Below, piece by piece: positions 40,601-51,878 of a DNA stretch of 64,000 nucleotides (within the stretch, counting starts at the first letter, position 1; each line of letters opens with the position of its first letter). The position numbers and the translations under genes are program-made. The DNA comes from Eledone cirrhosa (Eukaryota): contig OZ024741.1 of NCBI GenBank assembly GCA_964016885.1, forward strand, positions 305,164,001 through 305,228,000, read 5' to 3'. Below the pieces are notes generated by a model. The model was given only the letters and a program-made list of their open reading frames with translations, searched no databases and had not been told where the DNA came from.

Positions 40601-41300
40601 CATAGAATCTGTCTTTTATAGTGCTGGGCAGTCCGGATTGGGGTGCGTACGCAGATATTACTGTCACCGTCGTTCTACTGAGGACAAGTCTTATTTTAAT
40701 TATTCTGTCGTTCACTCTATTTACGTCTATTATCTTATCTGCCCACTTTTCTGCTACCATGATCCCTACACCACCCAGCCCATTGTCATTTCCCACCCAG
40801 AAAAGCTTATAGCATCGTTTTCTACCCACAATGAATCTAGCAGATCCACCCCTCCACCTGGTCTTTTGAATACAACAAACATCGACCTCCTTACGTTCAA
40901 GCATTTCTACAACCTCGTTAGAGCAACCCTTTAAGGTGCCTACATTCAAGGTACCAACTCTGAAGTTTTGGATTGCGTTTGGAGGGTGGAAGCGGTGGGG
41001 AGCGGGGGGAGATGGGGTTATGTTAGCCATCCGCGGCCGAAACAAAGAGGAATGCTCGCATTCTCGTCCACGAACTGTATTTGTCTTTATCTTTGGCATT
41101 GTCGCTGAGCGTCCAGATTTTTCTCTCTTCAACTCTCCAGAATTCCGTAGTCCATCCATCCGTCATATCGAAGGCGACCAGGTAAGCGATAGTATAGGCC
41201 TCTGGCTTATGATTGGTCCACGTAATAATAATGGTGGTGCGTGGGGGCGGGAGGGAGGGGTGTTGAGTTGTTAGCGAGAAGAATAGGTTTAAGTGAGATC
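37700..41300 (-). mobile_element. Near full-length RTE family A element (APE + RT + PHD-like), disrupted
   Basis: Consecutive ORFs 41159-40314 (APE: TLNVGTL, SAYAPQ, GDLNGHVG), 40309-40070, 40045-39308 and 39262-38075 (RT, YADD); deletion at the ORF 3' end. Confidence 0.93.
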
Positions 41301-41741
41301 CTCGTATTTAACAAGCGATAACAAAAATACAAGATTTGTTTAGTAAAATACTCCCAAAACTTCGTATTTAACAAGCAATAACAAAAATACAAGATTTGTT
41401 TTGGAAAATATGAGAGAGAGAATACACAGAATACAGGAGGAAATAGGATAGAATGGCTAGTAGTGAAACAAGAATTGGAATCTGAGGATAGAAAATGCTA
41501 TAGGATTTGGAAGGACTATGAAATTAAGCGGATGTTAGAAAAGCTAGAAAAATGTGTACATTACATTATACTGTGAAGGAAAAACAACCACAAATTTGGC
41601 GAATGTGAATTACTTGTGGGGGTTATCTTATATATATATAGATAGAGAGAGGGGGGGGGGGGTTTGACCGCATGTTGTAGAGTGTGATGGAGGGGGAGAA
41701 GATATTAAGGAGCGGGAATTAAGAGTTTGAAATAATAACAA

Positions 41742-42050
<309 letters not shown>

Positions 42051-42131
42051 TGTATGTATATATATATGTATGTATATATATATGTATGTATATATATATA
42101 TGTATATATATATATGTATATATATATATGT

Positions 42132-42186
<55 letters not shown>

Positions 42187-42192
42187 TGTATG

Positions 42193-42225
<33 letters not shown>

Positions 42226-42268
42226 GTATATATATATAAATATGTATATATATATGTATATATATATG

Positions 42269-42301
<33 letters not shown>

Positions 42302-42307
42302 GTATGG

Positions 42308-45300
42308 GTATGACATTAAACTACATCCAGTGGCAAGGCTCCAGTTCGGGAGTTCAGGAGATGTGGGGAATGTGGAGTTACCCCTTAGTTGTCATGACTC
42401 CCAGGTCTGCCCTGGCCCGGGGTGGTAGTACCTGTTAGGGCTCCATTTATGGGTTAAATAACTACCTTATTCGAGTGGCGCCGGTAAGGTATTGTCAGCC
42501 ATTGAAAAGAAATATGAAGAGTCGATCTAACAGCACTAGGGTTAGAGCCCCTAATTACACTGTCAAGGAGCAGCCTGGTCGTTATGACTCTGCTGGCTTA
42601 GAGCCACAGAGAGGGCCAGTGGATGATGGATCAGCTGTCTTTGAGACAAATATAGAGAATGCAGTTTTGTCCTGCAGAAGAGCCATCAAAATGGGCACTT
42701 TGAATGTGAGGACTATTCGAACGCTGGAGAAGAGAGAGGAGTTGGGACATCTGTTCGAGGAGAGTGGTATACAGATACTTGCGATCCAAGAACACAGGAT
42801 TCTACACGATGAGCCCGTGAGGAGTGTGATGATCGGGAGGAAGAGCCAGCTCATCACTACATCGGCAGTGAAGAACACAAATGCTGCAGTAGGAGGAGTG
42901 GGTTTTGTGTTCAGTGCAAAAACCAATCTGTTGGTGAGGGAAATAATGCCTATCTCCCCGCGAGTGTTGAGGGTGACCTTCAATGGAAACCCAAGACTGA
43001 CAGTCATCTCAGCCTATAGTCCAACCGAGGGGGACAGTGATGTGAATGCCGAGGAGTTCCATGAGGAGGTGTGTAGAGCTGTCAACACCACTCAGGCACA
43101 CAATATCCTGCTTGTTTTGGGGGACTTCAATGCACATCTGAGTAAGGAGGGCAGTGAAGATCCTTGCTGGTACTTCCATAACAACACCAACCGAAATGGA
43201 AGACTACTGAGAGACACCCTGCTGGAGGCGAACTTGATGGCGACCAACCTAAGGTTTAGAAAGAATCTGGGGAAGATGTGGACCTACATCTCAGATATGC
43301 ACCTGTCCAAGTCCCAGATTGATTTCATTCTGGTGAGGAAAAAGTGGCGGAATAGTGTTCTGAACACGGAACCATACAGCTATTTCAGTACACTGGGTAG
43401 TGACCACCGGCTTGTTATGAGTGAGGTCCGCGTGAGCTTAAGAAAGAGCAAGGCTCAGCCCCGGAGAACAATCTATGACTGGGGAGCTTTCAAGGAAGAT
43501 GATAAGCTACAGGAGAGGTTCACAGTGGAAGTGAGAAACAGGTTTAGTGCTCTGTGTGGAGAGTCAGAGGAGAGAGAGATTGGATGGACTGAGGAGAGTG
43601 TGACGAGGAGGTACGGGCACTTCACCAATGCAGTGGCGGAAGCAAGTGAAACCCTGGTGCCGAGGAAAAAGAACAAAGGGAAGCACGTCAGCTCTGCAAA
43701 CCCAAAAGTGTGTGCAGCCAGAGAACACCTGAAAGCTGCCAGGGACCAACTCTATGCTGATCCTACGGAGGAGAGGATGGAGACTGTGGAGGTGATGAGG
43801 GAAGAGCTCTGTACCGCTTACACTGAGGTCAGAGAGGAGGCACTGATAGAGAAGATCAGAAGTGTGGAGAGAGCGGTTGACAGATCTGGATGTAAGGAGA
43901 GCTGGATGGTCCTCAACGAGATCACAGGGAGGAAGAAAAGGTGTTCGAGTCAGATCCAGGGAACGGGGCCCGAGGATAGGAGGAGGAAATGGCTAGACCA
44001 TTTTAGGACCCTACTAGGAGAGCCACCCTCCACAGCCCAGAGCACTGGGGAGATCAGGCGGCTGTTTGAGGAACTGGATGTTGAGACAGAGCCCTTCACC
44101 AGAGAGGAGCTTCAGAGAGCCAAGAAGAAGATCAAGGAGGGCAAGGCTCATGGAGAAGATGGAGTGGCATCAGAGGTGATGAAGAGGTGTGATTTTGATG
44201 ATATCATCCTGGGGTTCTGTAACGGGGCACTGGAGAGAGGATTTGCTCCGAATCAGTGGAGGATCAGTAACATCGTCCCAGTGCCAAAGAAGGGAAATCT
44301 CTCTAACACCAACAACTACCGGGGGATCTCACTGACGTCACTTGTGGCAAAGACCCTCAACAGGATGATTCTTAACAGGATCCAGCCTGAGATGGAGAAG
44401 AAGCTCAGGGACAACCAGAACGGCTTCAGAGAGGGTAGATCAACCACCAGTCACATCCTGATGCTGAGGAGGATATTAGAGGGAGCTAGAGCAAAGTGCC
44501 TTCCTGCGGTCATGGTTTTCATTGACTTTAGGAAGGCCTTTGATTCTGTGGACCGTTACTGCCTGATGAAGATCTTACGGGCTTATGGAATCCCCAAGAG
44601 GATAGTGGACCTGATATCACTGCTCTACACCAACACCAAACCCCAAGTCATTACACCTGATGGGATGACAGAGTTCTTTGAGATACTGGCTGGAGTGCTC
44701 CAGGGAGATACATTGGCTCCCTACCTTTTTATCATCGTAGTGGACTATTGTATGCGCCTTGCACTGGAGAAACACCAGGACACTGGCTTTACTGTAGCAC
44801 CGGCTCAGAGCAGGAGAGTTGGGGCGAAAAAGGTATCGGATGCTGAATTTGCCGACGACATAGTTTTGGTGACAAATACAGTGAAGGAGGCAGAGGATTT
44901 GATGCGGGAGGTTGAGACTGTGTCGATGAGTGTGGGGCTGAGAATGAATGAGACTAAAACAAAATATCTGGTAGAGAATGTTGAGAAGCCAGAGGGGATC
45001 ACTAATGTAGGCGGGAAGCCGCTGGAATTGGTTGAGGACTTCCTGTATTTGGGAGCAAAGATTGGGAATACGGAAGATGATGTGGTTGAGAGGAAGAGCA
45101 AGGCCTGGGCGGCGTGTCACAGCTTGAGATCGGTGTGGAAGTCGGACCTTCGTAGAGACCTGAAGATCCGCCTCTTCATTGCTGTAGTGGAGTCTGTGCT
45201 GCTGTATGGGTCTGAGACTTGGACACTGACCAAGAGACTCACTCAGATGGTGGATGGGTGCTACACGAGAATGCTGAGGATGGCTCTGAACATTAATCAG

Positions 45301-45620
45301 TATACACTGAGGATGAAAAACTCAGAGCTGTATGGGAGCATCCCAAAAGTCAGCTCAAAAGTGACACAGAGGAGACTGAGGTTGGCTGGACATGCTCACC
45401 GACATCCAGAGTTGACATTGCACTCAGTGCTCCTTTGGGAGCCCCTACATGGACACACTAGAAGAGGAAGACCAAGGTTAACATATGTTGATGCCCTAAG
45501 GACAGACACTGGTCTGTTGGAGATGCAGGATATGGCAGCGATAATGAGGGACAGAGACCGCTGGAGAGAACTCGTCCATGGATCTCGGGAATTTTACCCG
45601 CCTTAGATAGATAGATAGAT
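42308..45620 (+). mobile_element. Full-length intact RTE LINE (family B)
   Basis: Short 5' UTR, single uninterrupted ORF, (TAGA)n tail; inserted in a TA/TATG array. Confidence 0.93.
42514..45606 (+). CDS. RTE endonuclease-reverse transcriptase polyprotein (1030 aa from the first ATG)
   Basis: APE motifs TLNVRT, QEHR, SAYSPT, GDFNAH, IDFIL, SDH; RT motifs NYRGISL, QNGFR, FIDFRKAFD, GVLQGD, FADD, FLYLG. Confidence 0.93.
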   Translation: MKSRSNSTRVRAPNYTVKEQPGRYDSAGLEPQRGPVDDGSAVFETNIENAVLSCRRAIKMGTLNVRTIRTLEKREELGHLFEESGIQILAIQEHRILHDEPVRSVMIGRKSQLITTSAVKNTNAAVGGVGFVFSAKTNLLVREIMPISPRVLRVTFNGNPRLTVISAYSPTEGDSDVNAEEFHEEVCRAVNTTQAHNILLVLGDFNAHLSKEGSEDPCWYFHNNTNRNGRLLRDTLLEANLMATNLRFRKNLGKMWTYISDMHLSKSQIDFILVRKKWRNSVLNTEPYSYFSTLGSDHRLVMSEVRVSLRKSKAQPRRTIYDWGAFKEDDKLQERFTVEVRNRFSALCGESEEREIGWTEESVTRRYGHFTNAVAEASETLVPRKKNKGKHVSSANPKVCAAREHLKAARDQLYADPTEERMETVEVMREELCTAYTEVREEALIEKIRSVERAVDRSGCKESWMVLNEITGRKKRCSSQIQGTGPEDRRRKWLDHFRTLLGEPPSTAQSTGEIRRLFEELDVETEPFTREELQRAKKKIKEGKAHGEDGVASEVMKRCDFDDIILGFCNGALERGFAPNQWRISNIVPVPKKGNLSNTNNYRGISLTSLVAKTLNRMILNRIQPEMEKKLRDNQNGFREGRSTTSHILMLRRILEGARAKCLPAVMVFIDFRKAFDSVDRYCLMKILRAYGIPKRIVDLISLLYTNTKPQVITPDGMTEFFEILAGVLQGDTLAPYLFIIVVDYCMRLALEKHQDTGFTVAPAQSRRVGAKKVSDAEFADDIVLVTNTVKEAEDLMREVETVSMSVGLRMNETKTKYLVENVEKPEGITNVGGKPLELVEDFLYLGAKIGNTEDDVVERKSKAWAACHSLRSVWKSDLRRDLKIRLFIAVVESVLLYGSETWTLTKRLTQMVDGCYTRMLRMALNINQYTLRMKNSELYGSIPKVSSKVTQRRLRLAGHAHRHPELTLHSVLLWEPLHGHTRRGRPRLTYVDALRTDTGLLEMQDMAAIMRDRDRWRELVHGSREFYPP

Positions 45621-45629
45621 ATATATGTA

Positions 45630-46070
45630 TAGATCCGGGGAACACACAAGCCAGGTAGATTATATCCTTACCAGAAGACGTGACAGAGTGTCTGTTGTAA
45701 ACACTAAAACCCTCCCCCATGAAGAATGCACCTCCCAACATAGACTGATAATTAGCGACCTCATAGTCAGGACGAGACGTACTCGACAGCAGAAGAGGAC
45801 TATCCTCAGGAGAAAAATATGGAAGTTAAAGGACCCCACAGCCAGAAATAAATTTCAAAGCATATTACTTGATGCTTTCGACAGTAAGGAAGAGCAATTA
45901 GAGTCGTACAATATAGAGGAACAGTGGGAATTCCTGAAAGCAAACCTGCTGATGGCGGCAGACGAAGTCTGTGGCTGGAGCAGGCCTGTAGGCAGGAGGA
46001 GAGTAACATGGTGGTGGAATAGTAGGGTGGAGGGGTCAATTAAGGCCAAAAAGCAGGCTTGGAAAGTATG
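45630..46070 (+). mobile_element. Internal fragment of RTE family A
   Basis: SQVDYIL..SQHRL..TWWWN; nearly identical to the reverse complement of ~39930-40365. Confidence 0.88.
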
Positions 46071-46100
46071 TAAACAAACAAACAGCCTGAATTATGCCGT

Positions 46101-46236
46101 ACAAGGTTAACGTATGTTGATGCCCTAAGGACAGACACTGGTCTGTTGGAGACGCAGGACTTGGCAGCGATAATGAGGGACAGAGACCGCTGGAGAGAAC
46201 TCGTCTATGGATCTCGGGAATGTTACCCACCTTAGA
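46101..46236 (+). mobile_element. RTE family B 3'-end fragment
   Basis: Matches 45472-45606. Confidence 0.85.
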
Positions 46237-46328
46237 ATAGAAAAATATATGTATATATATGTATATATATATATATATATGTGTATGTATATATATATGT
46301 ATATATATATGTATGTATATATATATAT

Positions 46329-46911
46329 GTAACATGTATCCCAGTACAACCTGTCTCATGGTCGGGTCGTTGGCGACTAAACTGGCAACCCCACCAAGGT
46401 TTCTTGGTGAGGAGGGTGACTTTGGACATCCTGCAGGACTAAAAACAAAACCTGTCAAAGGGCAAAGGAGCTCTTAAGAGTCAATGGCCATCCAAAATCA
46501 CTGGGAGAGATGACCCCTTAGCCTTTGTCAAGGCAGAATTCTAGGAGAAGGAAAACTCTGATATAACACCTGCAACCCTGATGGTATCCAATGATGTTGA
46601 CTTGTTCTTCTTTTTGGTAAATATCATCTTGGTTAAGAGAGTGGGACTGGCTTTGTGCAGTGCCTTTGCTTACTATAAAAGCTTCACGGCACAGGCATTC
46701 CTTTATATCTGGAGATCTCTCTGCACTTGTCCTCACATGGTACCATGGGCCCAGCACTATGTGTCAATAATTGTCACAAGTGTAGTGTTTGTACCAGAGT
46801 TTTCAAGTCGCTGGCTGGACTAAAAAGTCACACTCGTTCAGCGCTTCGGTAGGGGTTCTCCTACATGGATATAAAGTAGTGGCCGTACTCGAAAACGAGT
46901 TGGCAGCCACC
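46329..46911 (+). mobile_element. RTE-derived non-autonomous element, copy 4 (slightly 5'-truncated)
   Basis: High identity to copies 1, 2 and 7. Confidence 0.88.
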
Positions 46912-47309
46912 ATATATATATGTATGTATATATATATGTATATATATATATATGTATATATATATGTATGTATATATATATGTATATATATATGTATGTA
47001 TATATATATGTATATATATATGTATGTATATATATATGTATATATATATATGTATGTATATATATATGTATATATATATGTATATATGTATGTATATATA
47101 TATGTATGTATATATATATGTATGTATATATATATGTATATATATATGTATATATATATGTATATATATATGTATATATATATGTATGTATATATATATG
47201 TATGTATATATATATGTATGTATATATATATGTATGTATATATATATGTATGTATATATATATGTATGTATATATATATGTATGTATATATATATGTATA
47301 TATATATAT

Positions 47310-47420
47310 GTAACATGTATCCCAGTACAACCTGTTTCATGGTCGGGTCGTTGGCGACTAAACTGGCAACCCCACCAAGGTTTCTTAGTGGCCGTACTCG
47401 AAAACGAGTTGGCAGCCACC
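47310..47420 (+). mobile_element. RTE-derived non-autonomous element, copy 5 (111-bp internally deleted mini form)
   Basis: 5' part joined at tttct|tagtggcc to the 3' terminal stem-loop. Confidence 0.85.
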
Positions 47421-47465
47421 ATATATATATGTATGTATGTGTATATGTGTGTATGTATGTATATG

Positions 47466-47502
<37 letters not shown>

Positions 47503-48487
47503 GTATATGTATATGTATATGTGTGTGTATATATATATGTATGTATGTGTGTGTGTATGTATATATGTGTATATGTGTATGTGTGTGTGTATATATACGT
47601 ACGTACATGCGTATGTATATATATATGTATATGTGTATGTGTATGTGTGTGTGTGTATATGTATGTATGTATGTGTGTATATGTATGTATATATATGTGT
47701 GTATATGTGTATATATGTGTATGTATATGTATATATATGTATGTGTATATGTATGTATATGTATATATATGTATGTATATGTATGTATCTATGTGTGTGT
47801 GTGTATATGTATATATATGTGTGTATATGTGTATATGTGTATGTATATGTATGTGTATATATGTATGTGTATATATATATGTATGTGTGTGTGTATGTAT
47901 GTGTATATGTGTATATACATGCATATGTGTGTATGTATGTGTGTATGTATGTATATATACATACATACGTGTATATGTGTGTGTATGTGTATGTATGTGC
48001 ATGCATGCATGCGTATGTATGTGTGTGTGTGTGTATATGTATGTATGTGCATACATACATGTATGCATGCATGCGTATGTGTGTATGTGTGTGTATGTGT
48101 ATATATACATACATATGTGTGTATGTATGTATATGTGTATATGCATGCATGTGTGTGTATGTATGTATGTATATGTATGCATACATGTGTGTGTATGTGG
48201 GTATGTGTATATATGTACATGCATGCATGTGTATGTGTGTGTGTGTGTATATGTGCATACGTGCATGCATGTATATGTATGTATGTGTGTGTGTATGTGC
48301 ATGCATGCATGTGTATGTGTGTGTGTATATGTATATGCGTGCATGCATGTGTATGTATGTGTGTATGTGTATATGCGTGCATACATGTATATGTATGTAT
48401 GTGTATGTGCATGCGTGCATGTATGTATGTATATATGTATGTATGTTCGCGGGCCGTGCGGCGGCGTTTCGATTCGGCCGTCACTAT

Positions 48488-49123
48488 GTCAGGTCACCAG
48501 TTGGTGCTACTGGTAACATGTACCCCAGTACAACCTGTCTCATGGTCGGGTCGTTGGCGACTAAACTGGCAACCCCACCAAGGTTTCTTGGTGAGGAGGG
48601 TGACTTTGGACATCCTGCAGGACTAAAAACAAAACCTGTCAAAGGGCAAAGGAGCTCTTAAGAGTCAATGGCCATCCAAAATCACTGGGAGAGATGACCC
48701 CTTAGCCTTTGTCAAAGCAGAATTCTAGGAGAAGGAAAACTCTGATATAACACCTGCAACCCTGATGGTATCCAATGATGTTGACTTGTTCTTCTTTTTG
48801 GTAAATATCATCTTGGTTAAGAGAGTGGGACTGGCTTTGTGCAGTGCCTTTGCTCACTATAAAAGCTTCACAGCACAGGCATTGCTTTATATCTGGAGAT
48901 CTCTCTGCACTTGTCCTCACATGGGCCCAGCACTATGTGTCAATGGTTGTCCTACCATGGGCCCAGCACTATGTGTCAATGGTTGTCACAGGTGTAGTGT
49001 TTGTACCAGAGGTTTCAAGTCGCTGGCTGGACTAAAAAGTCACACTCGTTCAGCGCTTCGGTAGGGGTTATCCTACATGGATGTAAAGTAGTGGCCGTAC
49101 TCGAAAACGAGTTGGCAGCCACC
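48488..49123 (+). mobile_element. RTE-derived non-autonomous element, copy 6
   Basis: Same subfamily as copy 1 (internal ~39-bp duplication). Confidence 0.88.
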
Positions 49124-49342
49124 ATATATATATATGTATGTATATATATATGTATATATATATATATATGTATATATATATGTATATATATATATATGTA
49201 TGTATATATATATGTATATATGTATGTATGTATATATATATGTATATATGTATGTATGTATATGTATATATGTATGTATGTATATATATATGTATGTATA
49301 TATATATATGTATGTATATATATATGTATGTATATATATATG

Positions 49343-49373
<31 letters not shown>

Positions 49374-49374
49374 G

Positions 49375-49405
<31 letters not shown>

Positions 49406-49447
49406 GTATATATATATATATATGTATGTATATATATATGTATATAT

Positions 49448-50052
49448 GTCAGGTCACCAGTTGGTGCTACTGGTAACATGTATTCCAGTACAACCTGTCT
49501 CATGGTCGGGTCGTTGGCGACTAAACTGGCAACCCCACCAAGGTTTCTTGGTGAGGAGGGTGACTTTGGACATCCTGCAGGACTAAAAACAAAACCTGTC
49601 AAAGGGCAAAGGAGCTCTTAAGAGTCAATGGCCATCCAAAATCACCGGGAGAGATGACCCCTTAGCCTTTGTCAAGGCAGAATTCTAAGAGAAGGAAAAC
49701 TCTGATATAACACCTGCAACCCTGATGGTATCCAATGATGTTGACTTGTTCTTCTTTTTGGTAAATATCATCTTGGTTAAGAGAGTGAGACTGGCTTTGT
49801 GCAGTGCCTTTGCTCACTATAAAAGCTTCACGGTACAGGCATTGCTTCATATCTGGAGATCTCTCTGCACTTGTCCTCACATGGTACCATGGGCCCAGCA
49901 CTGTGTCAATAATTGTCACAAGTGTAGTGTTTGTACCAGAGTTTTCAAGTCGCTGGCTGGACTAAAAAGTCACACTCGTTCAGCACATCGGTAGGGGTTC
50001 TCCTACATGGATATAAAGTAGTGGCCATACTTGAAAACGAGTTGGCAGCCAC
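49448..50052 (+). mobile_element. RTE-derived non-autonomous element, copy 7
   Basis: Same termini as the other copies. Confidence 0.88.
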
Positions 50053-50122
50053 TATATATGTATGTATATATGTATATATATATGTATGTATATATGTATA
50101 TATATATGTATATATATGTATG

Positions 50123-50299
50123 TGGGAGCCCCTACATGGACACACTAGAAGAGGAAGACCAAGGTTAACATATGTTGATGCCCTAAGGACAGACACTGGT
50201 CTGTTGGAGATGCAGGATATGGCAGCGATAATGAGGGACAGAGACTGCTGGAGAGAACTCGTCCATGGATCTCGGGAATTTTACCCGCCTTAGATAGAT
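50123..50299 (+). mobile_element. RTE family B 3'-end fragment
   Basis: [21 protein letters not shown]...EFYPP* plus (TAGA); nearly identical to 45436-45612. Confidence 0.9.
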
Positions 50300-50359
50300 A
50301 TGTATATATATATGTATATATATGTATGTATATATATATATATGTATATATATGTATGT

Positions 50360-50431
<72 letters not shown>

Positions 50432-50438
50432 GTATGTC

Positions 50439-50495
<57 letters not shown>

Positions 50496-50534
50496 GTATG
50501 TATATGTATGTATGTATATATATGTATGTATATG

Positions 50535-50565
<31 letters not shown>

Positions 50566-51113
50566 GTTTGTATGTATATATATATATGTATGTGTATATA
50601 TATGTGTATATATATGTATGTATATATATATGTATGTATATATATATATGTATATATATATATGTATGTATATATATATATGTATGTATGTATATATATA
50701 TATGTATCTATATATATATATATGTATCTCTATATATATATATGTATGTATATATATATGTATGTATCTATATATATATGTATGTATGTATGTATATATA
50801 TATATGTATGTATATATATATGTATATATATATGTATGTATATATGTGTATATATATATATGTATGTATATATGTGTATATATATGTATATATATATGTA
50901 TGTATATATGTGTATATATATATATGTATATATATATGTATGTATATATGTGTATATATATATATGTATGTATATATGTGTATATATATATATGTATGTA
51001 TATATATATATGTATATATATATGTATATATATATGTATATATATATATGTATGTGTATATATATATATGTATGTATATATATATATATGTATGTATATA
51101 TATATATGTATGT

Positions 51114-51147
<34 letters not shown>

Positions 51148-51149
51148 GT

Positions 51150-51190
<41 letters not shown>

Positions 51191-51270
51191 TATGTATGTA
51201 TGTATATATATATATGTATGTATATATATATATGTATGTATATATATATGTATGTATATATGCATGTATG

Positions 51271-51327
<57 letters not shown>

Positions 51328-51328
<1 letters not shown>

Positions 51329-51768
51329 AGAGTATTGAAGTTTGCTTGAAGCATTGTGGAACAATAAGTAAATATTTATAAGTCGTTTGGAAGCCTCGAC
51401 AATGCAAATGGGTAAATCTCCGGGTAACAATGTCCGGTGGTGGAGAGATATTCAAATCAACAGACAGCGAAAGACGCGTTCCGAGTTGTCCGACAGACAA
51501 CTTTTCCCCCACCCCGGAAAAAACCCCAGTTGATGGATGTGAATCCGAAATATATAGGGCTATTAAATCTCTCCCAAGGTAACTCTCTCTCTTGTGTTGT
51601 TATTATTATTTTTATTCTTTTACTCTTCCCTTCATTCTACACATCTCACACATCTTATACACACCACGCATCTCAACGTACACCCACTTACATTTCTCTC
51701 TCTCCACCACCGGACCTTGTTACCCGGAGATTTACCCATTTGCATTGTCGAGGCTTCCAAACGACTTA
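51328..51768. mobile_element. Penelope-like pLTR remnant with 70-bp inverted repeats
   Basis: 51379-51448 is the reverse complement of 51699-51768 (1 mismatch). Shares the ttgtcgag.gct..ttataaatatttac motif with the PLE terminus at 57930-57990. Degenerate hammerhead-like motif at 51524-51559. Confidence 0.6.
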
Positions 51769-51816
51769 CATATATATATATATATGTAAATATTTATATG
51801 TATATATGCATGTATG

Positions 51817-51876
<60 letters not shown>

Positions 51877-51878
<2 letters not shown>

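Noticed and set aside
41486-41520. Other CTGANGA hits (here and e.g. 15436, 15885, 29596, 32658)
   Set aside because: No properly placed stem II, GAAA and stem I pairing, so not called hammerheads.
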